Assembly: GCF_964204865.1 (NCBI RefSeq)
Contig: NC_135257.1
Coordinates: 12,896,001-12,960,000 of the forward strand
Origin: Styela clava
Taxonomy: Eukaryota
Direction: 5' to 3'
DNA: 64,000 nucleotides
Below, piece after piece: positions 36,619 to 49,926 of the stretch. The notes below the pieces were generated by a model. The model worked only from the letters and a program-made list of their open reading frames with translations. It made no database searches and was not told the origin of the DNA. The translations under genes were made by a program, and so were the position numbers. The stretch's first letter is position 1, and every line of letters begins with the position of its first letter.

Positions 36619-39600
36619 TCACGAGCAAAGATCGGGTGTAAATTTCTTACTTAGCCGTCGTAACATTTTGAGCTTTTTTGGCCAACGATAAATAGCAGAA
36701 ACCAATAATTTTCGGCCCACTTTTCCTCCCATTACTAGGTAAAAATCTTTCTTCTTTTTCTTGCCCTTTCCTTGTGGTTCTAAATGAGGACATGTACAAG
36801 ATTTTCCACCTCGAATAAGCAATGTCAGTTTCCGCAGATCTTTTCTTTTTAAAGAGCCTTCTTGGTAAATAACCCTTTTACGCTTATCTGCCATCAATTT
36901 CAAATCTTTGCGAGATGTTTTGACGGATCGTATCTTGACTTTCAGAACTGAAATGAATAAATTATAGTATTATGGATAAATATAGTAAGCAATGAAAACT
37001 GGAAAATTGTATTTTGTGGGACAGCATAAAGTAGTAGAACAGTCAATTGGAAGAAGGAACCGACTATACATATATATATAACTTTGCCATCGGCAAAATT
37101 TGGTTATTCATTCACGATTCATCTAAATTTAAATCCTGCTCATTTTCGCACGTGAATATCTATATTAAATTGCCCAACTTGCGATAAAATCCCACACGCA
37201 CCCAAACACTCGAAAGAGATGGGCATTAGTCGCTAATAAAAATAAGCAAAATAGGGAGTGGCTTGAGTAAATTATTGAATATTCAAGTGAACCAAATGTC
37301 TCAAGTAATATAATTCACGCCTTGGGTGTCAAGAAGGTGTCGCATAATAAGGCTGATATTTCGATTAGTTTGACTTTCGCTTGGCCTGGGCTAAATATAG
37401 GCGTTTTCAATAAGCCATGACGAAGTATATTGGTATATGAGCAATATACTGCGTATAGCTAGATACTTCCACCCATAACGAACAAAGAAAATTCTTCATG
37501 CCCGACTCGAGTGCTTCACACCGCAATGCGTGCTTGCAGCCACATCCCGGATGAATATGAAATATCGGAGTAGGTGCGTCTCGGAACCGCGTCTTTGTTC
37601 GGGTCTTAATATTGAAATACGATACTAAGTTGATGCTGGGAAGATCTGTCCAAATAAGCCACCCACTGACAGATATTCAATAAGTCGGCATATATTGCGG
37701 TCGTGTCTTGTTTTCAGTTAACACATTTGTCTGTACGTATATGGCGTGCGACTTGTTTGCGCGACGTGACGCCAGACATTCTTTTTTCGAAAACGAATAC
37801 GGAACAAGACAAATATGTCAAGGTTGGAATAATTGTAGAGTATGACCAAAGTGATTAATAGCGTGGTAGACGATAGGGCGCAACGTTCACGCATCATTGT
37901 TGAACCAGTGACCGGGTGTGGTTTGGAATGATTAAAATGTACTTCATTTCGAGTGTCCGACTGAGAAATTAAAGCGCCTGAATGTTTTATGTCGCGGAAT
38001 GCTGGTACCAGAGCATTGAACCCTTGAATACATCAAACCGATTCGTGATCCTGTTCCAACTCAATGTACTTGCATCAATGCTGGAAAATTATGATTTTTA
38101 GTCAGTCAGATTTTCATAGCCAGCTTATTTAAACATTTGAAAACACAGTAAAGAATGTATTGAAGCACGCTAATTTGGCTATGCCTATTGGGAGATTGCT
38201 CAAAAGTGTGGTCCACGTTAACAATAACAACACATGCGTTTCAATACTATTTTCAATCCCGGTTCACGTTATTTACATAAGTTCCTTACATTTCGATTGA
38301 AGCCTCTAACATTCAACTATTTTACCTGGGAGGTCTGTCCAACGAGACAGACAATGGATATCCGCTGTTGATATGAACGACAGATTAGATCTTCTGTAGA
38401 TAAGTACCGTTGGTTGTCAGTAAACATGATTTCACAGGTTTACTGAACAACCCACAACTAATTTGGCAATGTCGTCATTATATCCAAGCCACGGAATGTA
38501 GCCGTGTAACGATGTAACGTTGCCGTATATACCTCCTCACATATGTTAGTACTCGCTATTAATATAATTGGAATCATCGGTTTACATGACTGGATAAATA
38601 TACTCAAAGCACATTATAGAAAACGTAAGTGTGACTGACCCAGACCACAAAAAAATTCTTATTTCTGCTAAAGTTATTACGCTTTGAAAATTTCAAAATC
38701 AGGGCATCGCTGAGTTGCATACTAACACAGTTGGAAAATGACACTTGTCCATGAGGAAACCATGTGAACATTTTCGATAAAACTACGACAATGTGTGGTC
38801 TTTAAGGCGTCGAATTCTGACTAAGCAACTTAAGAAAAGTGTTTAAAACCAACCGCATCCTTAAAATATATTAAATTGTTTATGTTACGAGGTCGGAATA
38901 ATATTTGACTAATATATTTCAATAAAATACAATAATATTTTCTTATTGTAAAGACATAGACTACGATAACATTTTTGTATCAAGAAAGGTTCTTCAAAAC
39001 ATACGGTGTTTTGAATCAAAGTTATTTCTAATCTAGAAACTTGTGAATATTGCCACCATTGAACAAAATAACTTGATACTGAGTCAACATGTGAATGAGT
39101 TGGATATTCATTTATATACATGAAAGAAATGTAAACCCATTGTACATGGAGAATGTGACAATATTTATTGATATTCCGAGATTTTTCTGACTCAAATTTA
39201 ATATGAATAATTCGTAAGATCATGTTACAAACAAATTACCAGAAAAAATGTTAAATAACCTTATAACTTATGATACTAATAACTTTAATATATGAACCCC
39301 AAATGATGAAATATTTCGAGATATATAAAGATGCTAATATGTAACAATAAATGCAAGTTTAATTGCATGGTCTGTTACATGCCGGACGCTTCAACACAAA
39401 ATTGATTAAATTAATAATGAATAACGAATAATGCTGAACGACCCAAAAAATAATAAATTAATAAATGGATTCTTGATACGATACAATACAACATTAGAGA
39501 GACATTTATGGACTCTAGCAAACTCACCAATGTACGAAGTAAATATGATACTTTTGTAATTTTATATTCTCAAATTGTATAATATTTTAACAATCTTCAT

Positions 39601-42600
39601 TTTCTGAATGATAGATTTGCCCTCCCAACCGTATTTTCTGGATTTTTCAAGCATATTTCACCTGCTGTTTCGACCTTATTTCGGTAGGAGAAAGTCTTGC
39701 ACACAAATACGTAATTCCAGTGCCCCTTAGTAGCAATAATGTAAACAATTAATACGGCCGTAAGGGATATTTTCTCAATTTTTTTTTTTGACTTTTATTG
39801 TTGACAGGCCAAATGTCTTACGGTGAACTGTCGGGAACTACCCCATATATAACGATATTCGTATGACGCAACCTAATGTGCAAACAGTTATATGCGTGAC
39901 TAAAAACCACAATGATTTCCGTTAAGGAGCTGACTCTGGTCTCATAAATATCATGGGTTCAAAGAGGAATTTCGTATATTATAACTGGTACCATATGCCT
40001 GAATCAATGTCGGTCGGCCGAATGAAAACTACATAAACGAAGAAAATTTTCACGTCATAAAGAATTTTCTTGCAGTCAAGTTTTACAGCAACACGAAAGT
40101 CGTTTTGTGTTTTTGGATATGTTAAAGACCATGCTCTGTTTAACTGCCGACAGGTGCTTGACCGTATTTAACGGCTATGTCATAAACGGCAATAAAGAAT
40201 AGATTCGAAGTCAAATATTGGTTTAGTGGGAACTGCGTCATTCCACGCACTCGTAGGCCATTACTGGTATGATTAATGAAAAAATCGTGTCTGAGATATT
40301 TTTCACAGATTTTACAAATGTTGGAGATGGCGGTAAGTAGGCTACTGTGTGTAAATATTTGGTCGAAGCATATTTCCAGTCATATCAGTATGGGTCGAAT
40401 ATATGAGGGGAATTCTGGGTCAATGATTCTGGATATGTGCGGTATAAGCAATTTATAAGTTTTGAAACGTAATCTGGGTGCTAAACCTTTGGGTCAAGAT
40501 ACTGCACCCATATAAAAAGACTTCACTCAAGCAGGCCATTAGAATAAAATGACATTGTGTGAGAAAAGAACATCAAAAATATCAGCATGACATGTTGACT
40601 AAGACACACGAAGTGGTCATTTTACGACGCGATCAATCTGCAGCATACATTATTGATTACAACAATCACTTGATGTAAGTTTACATACCCATAACATACT
40701 TCCACAGAATGGTGTGGTAACAAAGAAATGTATGTGTTATTTAAAAATAGGAACAGGTCTGGACTTTGATATTTGCCAACCTGCGATGGATTTAATTTTG
40801 ACCGAATTGTGTTTTATTGTCTTGTAAATATTGTACTGACGTAAATTGCGTTTGATGCGGTCTGATCTACCACGTCGATATAGGTCGATAGGTGCTATTT
40901 TAAAGTGGTTGCCGACAACAAAAATATCAACTTATCATCGGCAATAAAGTTTTCGCAATACCTGGAACGACATTGACTCCTCTCCACAACGTATTTTATT
41001 ACGACGAAAGGTGTGAACTTGTGATATCGGGCTAAATTGCCGTGAACAGCTGGGTAGCTAGACGCGTTTGTGGTTGCGGTCATCTGCCGACATATTTTGC
41101 GCACTCCGGCATGAACGTGGGAACTATTAAACACCGGTCAGTAACAAGCATTTTAACACTCGTGCTGAAATGGTCAATATAGCCAAGCGGACGGTGAACT
41201 TTTAGCGACGCGCGCGAAAAAAATCACCGCTGGGAATGAGCAATTGACTATTATTTCTTCGCAAATATCAAAATATAAAATACTCTTTGCAATTATAAAG
41301 TCAAGGGTAATCGCCCATGGCACATACTTGAGCGTATGCATTGATATATCGACAAACTTTGTTAGTGTTTTGAGTTAAAATGCGTGTTACTTCCCTTTAC
41401 CTTGCCCGGCATTGATATAGTTTTAATATGTAAATTACAAAACTTACCGAATTCGACTGCACAATACAGATTTAATATAGTTTCAGCATCGAGTTCATTC
41501 CCGCATGCAGGACAAATTGGAGTACCTAGTAACAAGAAATGGAAATTTCATACCAAATACAAAAATCGTCTGATACAGTTTAATTTGCTTTGGTAAAGCA
41601 TAAAATATTTGTGAAACAGTAAAATATATAAATTATATTATTTCATATACAAATTAGGAAATAAAAAGAACACACAGGAGAAGAAGTAAATTTAATCAAG
41701 ATTTCCAAGCATAGCATGCATAGCGAAAATATTTTTTGATGTATGTGAACTATTTTGACATTATGCAAAAAGGAGTATCTCATGTATTTCAAAGGCGAAA
41801 CTTCACAGCATTAAAACAATACTTCATTATGCAATCTTTACTGATAAAAGTAGGGCCAGATACGAACATAATAGAGGAGTAGCTGGTAAATTGAAATTAC
41901 GGCATTATCGCCTAAAGTACTTTCAAGTTATGCCGACAAAATTTTAGCGCTAATTCACAAATTAGGGCTTTCATCGAACTACCAAAATCTCTTTGATCTT
42001 TGAGCCGTGCTATCTCCAAACACAATCCGCAGTTAATTGCACCAGCTTAAAATTAACCAGACAAAGTGGCCGTAGATGTATATTGGCGTTGTTAGACGTG
42101 AGTTAAACCGAAACCATATATTATTGTCGACGAATATATGGGTCTTATCTTTGCAAAAATGCTATGACTGCGAATTGCCACAGCCGAAATTTGATCACCG
42201 ACAATCGACACAATACGTTTAGGAGAAATTGTTTATAATCCGTAAGCGTATCATTGGTATATAAAAAAACAGAAGATAAGACACAGGGAAATTAGATTCG
42301 AAAAAAACATTGATTATGAAAAATATTAAAAACATTTACGATAAATGTACACCTTCGCTCTATATAAGGCTTTTGAAACGAGGTTACGTGAAATCCCATG
42401 CTCATATTAGTATTAAAATGTCACCGGCATTGAACATTGTACTCTTACTGATTTACTCTGACAAGGTTCGAGACTTCGTGGATATATAAAACACGCATGA
42501 GTTGCAAAGATTATCCGGCGTATTATCCCGATTAGAAGAGATTGTGCTCACAAAATTGACAGCCACAGGGCGCTTGAAAAGGCCATTTCAGACTATCGAG

Positions 42601-44486
42601 GCATTAAACAATGGAATATATATATCATATATATAAAATGTAATTTTGGTGTACATGAGCGAATATTTGTATAAAAGTTAAATTTTCATGATAAAAACTT
42701 GAGATTCTAATATTTCGGGCGCAAACAGCACTGATTAACATATTGTTACACTTCGTTCATAAATTTGTTGTTAGAAAGCTTCTGTGCCCAAATAATACGT
42801 AATAATTCAATTTGAAAGCGACTGGGCGGCCGTACGCGAAACATCATTTTGGTTATTATGATAACTGGGCGACCGTAAGCGAAACGTTACTTTGCTCATA
42901 CTTAGCTATAGTCGATGCAAGTTATCCAAGATTGAATAAGAGCCAACGATTGCGTTAAAGATTAGAACAAGTTGTTAACCGCTCATTTAATTACTGCTTT
43001 AGAATTTAGATTACTGTGCCAATGTCAGAAAACTGTTTATATACCGTATTTTGGTAATTGGAGATCTCGAGATCAGATGTTTAGAAGATTTAAAATGTTG
43101 GAGCGGGACATAACTAAGGTATTTATTCGCAGATATTGATATTAAGTGTAGCTTGTTTTAATTGAGTAAATTAAGACCAGGCTATATTTAAAACCCATGC
43201 ATTAACTGAGTTATTTTCGTAGTTATGATGTTATGTTCTATTTGTAAATAGACATCTAACAGCCCAATTAGAGCCCAGAGAGAAAAAAATAATAACACAA
43301 AACAACAATTAGGAAAACAAACATGCGTTAATCGTACTTGTGGTTGCTGGGATGTTATTCTCGATAGTGTGGTTCGTGCTTTCTACTGTACCTAGATTAT
43401 TGTCAACACAAACAAGAGAAGAAAGTTGAAGTTAATGAGGTGCTATTTAAAAAGAATTTTAATAGTTAAAAGATGAAAGAACACTTTTCTTTATGTAACA
43501 TATGTAGTATGAGTAACTGGTGGTATTGTTTATTCAGCTACATATACGTCAGCACGGTGATATCCTTGAAACTATTTTATCTGAATACTGTGGTCGTTTC
43601 GGTTTTTCCTTTCGTTTATCATTCAATTAGATATACAAACAATTCAGCAATACACCCAATTTAATTAGAAACACTATTTCTACTCTTTTATACACAGTAT
43701 TGTATTTTCTGAAATTTGTTTTTCACCTTATCATCCACGAATAATTTGCTATACACCCAAATTTAGTCACACTACACCAACCGGAATCTATCTATCTAGA
43801 AACACCAAAAACAAGTACTAAATTATTGCCTTCATATGTTCAACCATGCAATTAAAGTAGGTCACTTTTCGAAATTTTCTGGCCGTGTGGGAACGGAATT
43901 TAAGGCGATTTTCGAGAAAAATTATGTTTCAATAGACCGAAAATACTTATTTTATTAAAAAGTTGGCAAGAGCACAATTTGACTTACTTTCTGGTTCAGC
44001 ATAGCTGGAACAATTATGATGACATTCTTGTGGAACACACATATCGTTATCGCGGAATTTATCGCAGGAAAGCATGTCAGGCCACGGGTATCCAACTTTT
44101 TGCATTACCGGTTCACAGGCACCTTTTACCGCCTGACAAAGTGACTGGCACGGGTAGATCGGTTCTGGTGAATCTTCGATGCACACTGGTGAAAACAACG
44201 AACACAGCAGTCTCTGCAAATCTTTATGACAACGTTTGTTTAGTAGCGGAACCCAACTTGCTGCCTGTTGCTTAACTTCATCCATGGTTTCATGGCCTAA
44301 TAAGTTCGGCAACCTCATTTGGTTATAGGCAATGTTCCGGCATAGTTTTAGACTGTGTGGAATAGGTTCACACACAAAGTTTTTCGCAAATGGTGATGCC
44401 GTATCGACGCCAGTAAAAGCGCCAAAAGTATTTGCTGAGCATAGTAGTGCGTTCAAAAGCACGATAACAATACTACCTATTGTCAT
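36619..44486 (-). CDS. SFRP1/5: Secreted frizzled-related protein (sFRP1/2/5 class), 3 exons, 301 aa
   Basis: Exons 44486-43988 (signal peptide and 10-Cys Frizzled CRD: CEPIP..LCRNIAYNQMRLPNLLGHETMDEVKQQAASWVPLL..WPDMLSCDKF), 41525-41448 (TPICPACGNE..YCAVEF) and 36947-36619 (netrin domain LKVKIRS..CTCPHL..YLVMG..YRW..C). Total 906 nt in frame. Confidence 0.95.
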
Positions 44487-47400
44487 TTTCCAGCTGACTC
44501 ACGAGACGATGCTCACCTCAACAAACTGAATCACGAATGTGTCTGTCTGAAATGTGGAGCGTTGTACATAAGAATCTCTCACTCTACACAATTTTCCCTT
44601 TTTCTCGAACAATGTGCGTAGAGAGGATTTAGTTCGCGCTGACGAAAATCAGCCTCGCGGCAGCCTGGCATATCAGAATGGCGCTTCCATAATCCATTCG
44701 ATTAGCGTAGATTAAAGCGAGATAATGAGGGTTTCGAGAAATGCGCGTACGATAATCTTTCGCCACCTTTTCCGATTCAAAGGGGCAGTTAGAGTTCGAC
44801 CCGGAAGCAAATTACGACGGCAATTAAATCTCTTTGTCACAGTTCGCAAATAGGCTAGGAGGTCTGGAATACGACTCATGATGCCCTTTGTTTGAATAAA
44901 TATGGGACGTGAATAAATGTTTGTTTTAGCGTAGTAATTCACATTTTTCTCCCTGTGTAATTAAAACGCACGACTGCTTTCCGAGAGTTCCTATACTAAG
45001 CAATTATTTTAAAGTCCGGAATGTTAAACATAACCACAATCTAAATTACCCTGAAGATTTAAGTCGAATTACGTTAATTAAAACACAATCATTTTGTGTT
45101 ATTAGACGTTATTGACAAAGCTTACCAGTGATTAAGATATACGTCGAAACAGCATGGTTTATGTGCACGTCATAGAATCTCGTTTTCATGTATCATAAAA
45201 TTATGACTACACATATTATGTGTGTAGTTGATTGCAAATTCTTAGTAATACCAAAATTATGAAATATAAAATGGCTGGGCTTCAACCATTCCCGTATATT
45301 TTTGAACATAACTGCGTGGCATAATCAAAAACTAAACGTTTGTTTACTTGCACATCGAGCCATTGATAAATCGCGCCGTCTTGCAGCGATACACAGAAGG
45401 GCATTATATGTTATCAACGACAGTTGTTTTAAGTTAAATGCCAATGTCCATAATACTGTATTTGAGGTGAACAAATATACAACAAACTAGCGTGGAGTTT
45501 TATTGTTGAAGCCATAAAAAACGTGTTAATATTGCAAATAATTACTTATAAAAATCAATGGTCCGACATACTCAATTATTGACCCGATAGAAATTAATTT
45601 CGTTTCTGTTCTAAGCAGTGATGGCGTTCAATGCAAAACTCCATCGTGGTACGTCATATCAGTGTCGTCGAATTTTTCATAGCGACAAAAACCAAAGATC
45701 GTTCGATATCCGTATACGCTGTGTGTAATAGGCATCATTGTAACACTTCATCGTTACTCTGATAATTATTTTGTTGTCCGTGCAAAGGCCAATCCAACGT
45801 CATACCAGGTTATCAATGCACATCTATAATGAAAATTGTTGTACCGACTTGTTATTCAAATTATCAGCTAGAGTAAAACAAAATTCATTTTCGCAACTTT
45901 GTTTTAAGCGATGAATATCGTATCACTCGTTAACCGGGGTGAATGGACTTACATGCGATATACGATACTCAATGACACCTGAGAGGTCATACCGGGGTTC
46001 AAAGAGCAGAGTAGCAACATAAATAGTAATACTGTCTATGAATATTTCAGTTGGGAAAAAAATTTAAAATATACCTCAAGTTTAAAACAGCAGGGCATAT
46101 GTTTCCAGAAATAGTCATGCTCCCAACACTTACATGTATGAACAGAATAGTGACGCCGAACACAATCATTTTGGTGGCAGCATAGTTTCAATATGGACTG
46201 CCACTGAGGCCTCTCGTATCCTAGCCTGAATCACGGTTCGAATATTTAACACATGAAAGTCAAGTTCATGAAACTTTAATGTAACACATGGAACTTTTCG
46301 AGCACTATGTTTGAGTTGTTTCATGATTAATAACTCATAAATGATTTTAACTATGACTCAAACAGTGATAAATATATATCCTGAATAATTTGATGCAAAT
46401 GAAATTACAAGTAAATCCTTGGTAAACATATCTGGCTATACCGCCAAAATATTTATTTTTTTTTGAAATGCTGCTTCATATTTTTATTTCGAACGGTGAC
46501 TTAAAAACAGAACCCATAAATTTCTTGTTTACTTCTGCAAAAATGACGAAAAATTATTTAACACCTGCATCTCTGTTTTATGATTGTACTCATAAATTTC
46601 AGTAACCTGGGAGGCTGGGCCGCTTGGCATAGAAGTTATATATATTCTCTTTTGAATATGTTGCAAATAATCTGAGTTGTTTTTTTGGGGGGTCATCGTG
46701 TATTATAAAATACTATGACAACAATTCGCTGAAGTCTCGGAATTATTAGGGCGTTTATGATCTCTTCTCGTTCATTGGAAATGAATTATCTTGTCTAATC
46801 AATAGATGTGCTGTCACTCATGAAGCATTTACTAATGCGTGCCTAGCAATTTATTGATATATATTTTTAATTAGAACATACAATTTACATGAACGTAAAT
46901 AACCTATGTGGTACGCTTGTTGAATCAAACGTTCTCCTTGGTGGTAAGTAAAATACAATTCATCCCATTTTGTTAATTTTTTCGAACAGAACATATTTTT
47001 TCTATTTGTTCATATTGTTCTGAAAATATCAAAAATTTCGAGTCACTTTGTTGTAAGAGGTCCGGTGCAGTGTCGATGATGGCATTTCTCAACTATTTCA
47101 GTAAGAATTCCAGTTTGAATTCGGAAATGTCAGAAAAGGATTAACATTTGACCTCAGGATAGTCTCCACGCTGCCACGCTGCTGTGTAAATATGTTTATC
47201 GACTGTTACAAAAATGCACTTCTGTGTGACATAATGGACAAACGAAGAAAACACCAATTACGTACAATTTCTGAAGTCCGAGGTCAAGTGTTGTTTTTAA
47301 TTTGCCATTTTCAGAAGAATGGTAAATAGCTTTGCAGCTTTAAAAGGTTCCATTTCATGCGTTTATATACATGCCATTTTTGCCTTTATAAGCATGATAC

Positions 47401-47940
47401 AAAGTTGACAGTTTGCCTTCGCAAATTGAGACGCTGTAAAATAAACTAAAAAAAAATTAAAAGGTATGATTTAGGAAGGCATGTAAAATCACGTTGTTCA
47501 TGGTAAGCGCAAAATGAAATGGACGACTTAAATTAATCGTTCTGCAAGAAAATGTCTAACGAGCTCTAAGAGATGAATAATGCAAGATTGTTTACACGCG
47601 AGGTATCAGAATACAAATTATGGAATTTTGTAAGCACTTAGTAAAACCCAAAGGCCAAAATGTTTTTGAGGCGTGTTCGGCGCCTTTGTCTGGCCACAGG
47701 AGAAAGTTATAATAAGGCATGAGTCATGTGTTGTCGATATTCATGTGGTTTGCTCGGATTTAAAAAGTATTTTGACGGTAACTGGAGTGATTTGCTAATC
47801 TGGTTTTCTAAAGTATGTGTAGAATCTACACATTCTTACATAATACCATATTCATTTAAAACCATTAATAAAAATAACAAAATAGCTAACTCAATAAAGT
47901 GTAATTATATTGAAACACAAATGAAAGGTAATAGGTTTTC

Positions 47941-48149
47941 GGCTCCAGAAGTATGTGTACCAATATGGAGGTAACTAATTTTGTTCGTCTACTTTACACC
48001 AAGTGTAAAGGGGCTGATTACTATGGGCAGGAGGTATATTCACTTGGCCAACACAGACAGTCACCGAACTCGTATTAGAACTAAAATAAGGAAAATCGGA
48101 ATAAAATTATGGTCTAACCCTTACCTGGTACACTCACTACGGGAGTACC
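47941..48149 (+). mobile_element. MITE of a related Merlin-like family
   Basis: Ends GGCTCCAGAAGTATGTGTACCA and TGGTACACTCACTACGGGAGTACC. Aligns by eye with 4747-4936 and 61389-61527 and shares the CTAAAATAAGGAAAA..AAAATTAT..CTAACCCT module with 12920-13155. Confidence 0.75.
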
Positions 48150-49926
48150 AGATTTCTATGTTTTCGACATAAGATCTGCAATTTGCAAAGTTAGAAACAT
48201 GATCCGGTGACATAATATTATAACTGGGCGGAAATATTCTGATAGGATATAGTCAAAAAATATCCTGTGGTATTTCGTACACTTTTGTGAAGATGAAGTC
48301 AGATCTCACCGTTCTCAAATGGTACTTGTCTCTGAATGAGTCAACTTTTCATTAATTTCAAACACATTCCATTAATATTATTAAAAAAAAATTAATAAGC
48401 GCGTTTCATGGATTCTTGTTCCCAGGAGAACTGTCCTTACTATGTCTCTATATTTAGTTATAAACAGTCCAACTGGAAGAAAATTTGCAAATCCAAACTC
48501 AAATATTAAAAGTTGAAACATAGAGTGTAAAAGCGTATAATATTTTATGATATTTTGTAGACAAATTTCAAATTTATTAGCATAATTAGATAAACGCCCG
48601 ACACCGTTTTCGTCTTGTCCAAAGCCTAAAGCAGTGCATTTTTATGAGACAAATTGATGAAGCTAAATTGATAAGAAAAAAACTGATTGTGTTTCCTCTT
48701 GACTTTTTCAAATATGTAAACGAGCGCATACCGGTGTACCAACGTATAAAAATATGTTGCCTATGGATCATTAACTTAACCATAACATTCAATTTGGTAT
48801 ATGTAATATGAAAGTAATGATGAATAATTAAGAAATTAAATAATAGCGAAATACCAAAACTGAATATCGAATTGGATTAGGAAATAACGACCACCCGGTT
48901 TTCCAGTTAAAATTAATTATGAAAAATAGATATTCTGGTATGATTTGATTTGGGTAAATTATTATGCATATCAATTGCAAATAACTCCTTCCGGTTGAAT
49001 TTTGAATACACCACTAGCAAGCTTGATTTGTTGGAAGTTTTAATGGAATTCTTGCAAATTGGGGGACAATCCTATTAGTTCGAGATGTTACATCAGCAGT
49101 CGGACCACACAAGAAATTGCAATTACCATGTTGTAATGAACGTAGGTGACCGTTGACTGGGCAATCTGTTGCATCTGAACTGCATGGAGTCAAAGGACTG
49201 ATCTGTGTCTTACCTTTTATGCTTAGCCGGTCAAATCAAAGACAGGTAATATTCAAGGCATAATTATGCATTGGTGTATGAACGTGATATCACAACTCTG
49301 AAAAAAAATAAAGATAGACCATTTATTTCACGTAATTATTACAGAAGATCGCACATTTCGGGCCACTTATACCGCTTCAATGAAACACTTGGATTTGATT
49401 TTCGCATTTTTACTTTGAACTCAAATAGGCTGCAATTGCTTGTTGGTTAAGTTTGTGTAATTGGTATCGTCTGTGCACTATCTATCCCTTTCACACAATC
49501 ACACTTATCTTCCAAATGATACTGTCAGAACATAATCAATAACCCAAGATATCTAATACCTAAACATCTGGTATGCATGCACTTGTTTTCAAAACTTCGC
49601 TACATTAATGTCATGCACAAACCGGTTATTGTTTGTGGTCAGTTAGAAATATTTTATCGTTCGGTTGACGTTGTCTGGGTTAGACTGGATTAGGTTTTGA
49701 TCTTATTATTCCAATAACGAGGTTGTTGCAGATAAGGCAACAAAGCCCCCGTCAGTTAACTCACTAATATTACATGTTCAAAATGAACTGAAGTAGAATT
49801 ATCGATTTGACAAATTTTATTGTGACGTCATAATCCAAAATTGTATTTATAATAATTGCGCCTTTTTTGACCAGATACTTTCGAAAAGGGGGTTAGATTG
49901 CCAACAAAAACACTGTCGAAATCAAA

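Noticed and set aside
42821-42895. Two ~30-bp imperfect repeats with 43-bp period
   Set aside because: Only two units in an intron; a simple duplication, not CRISPR-like.
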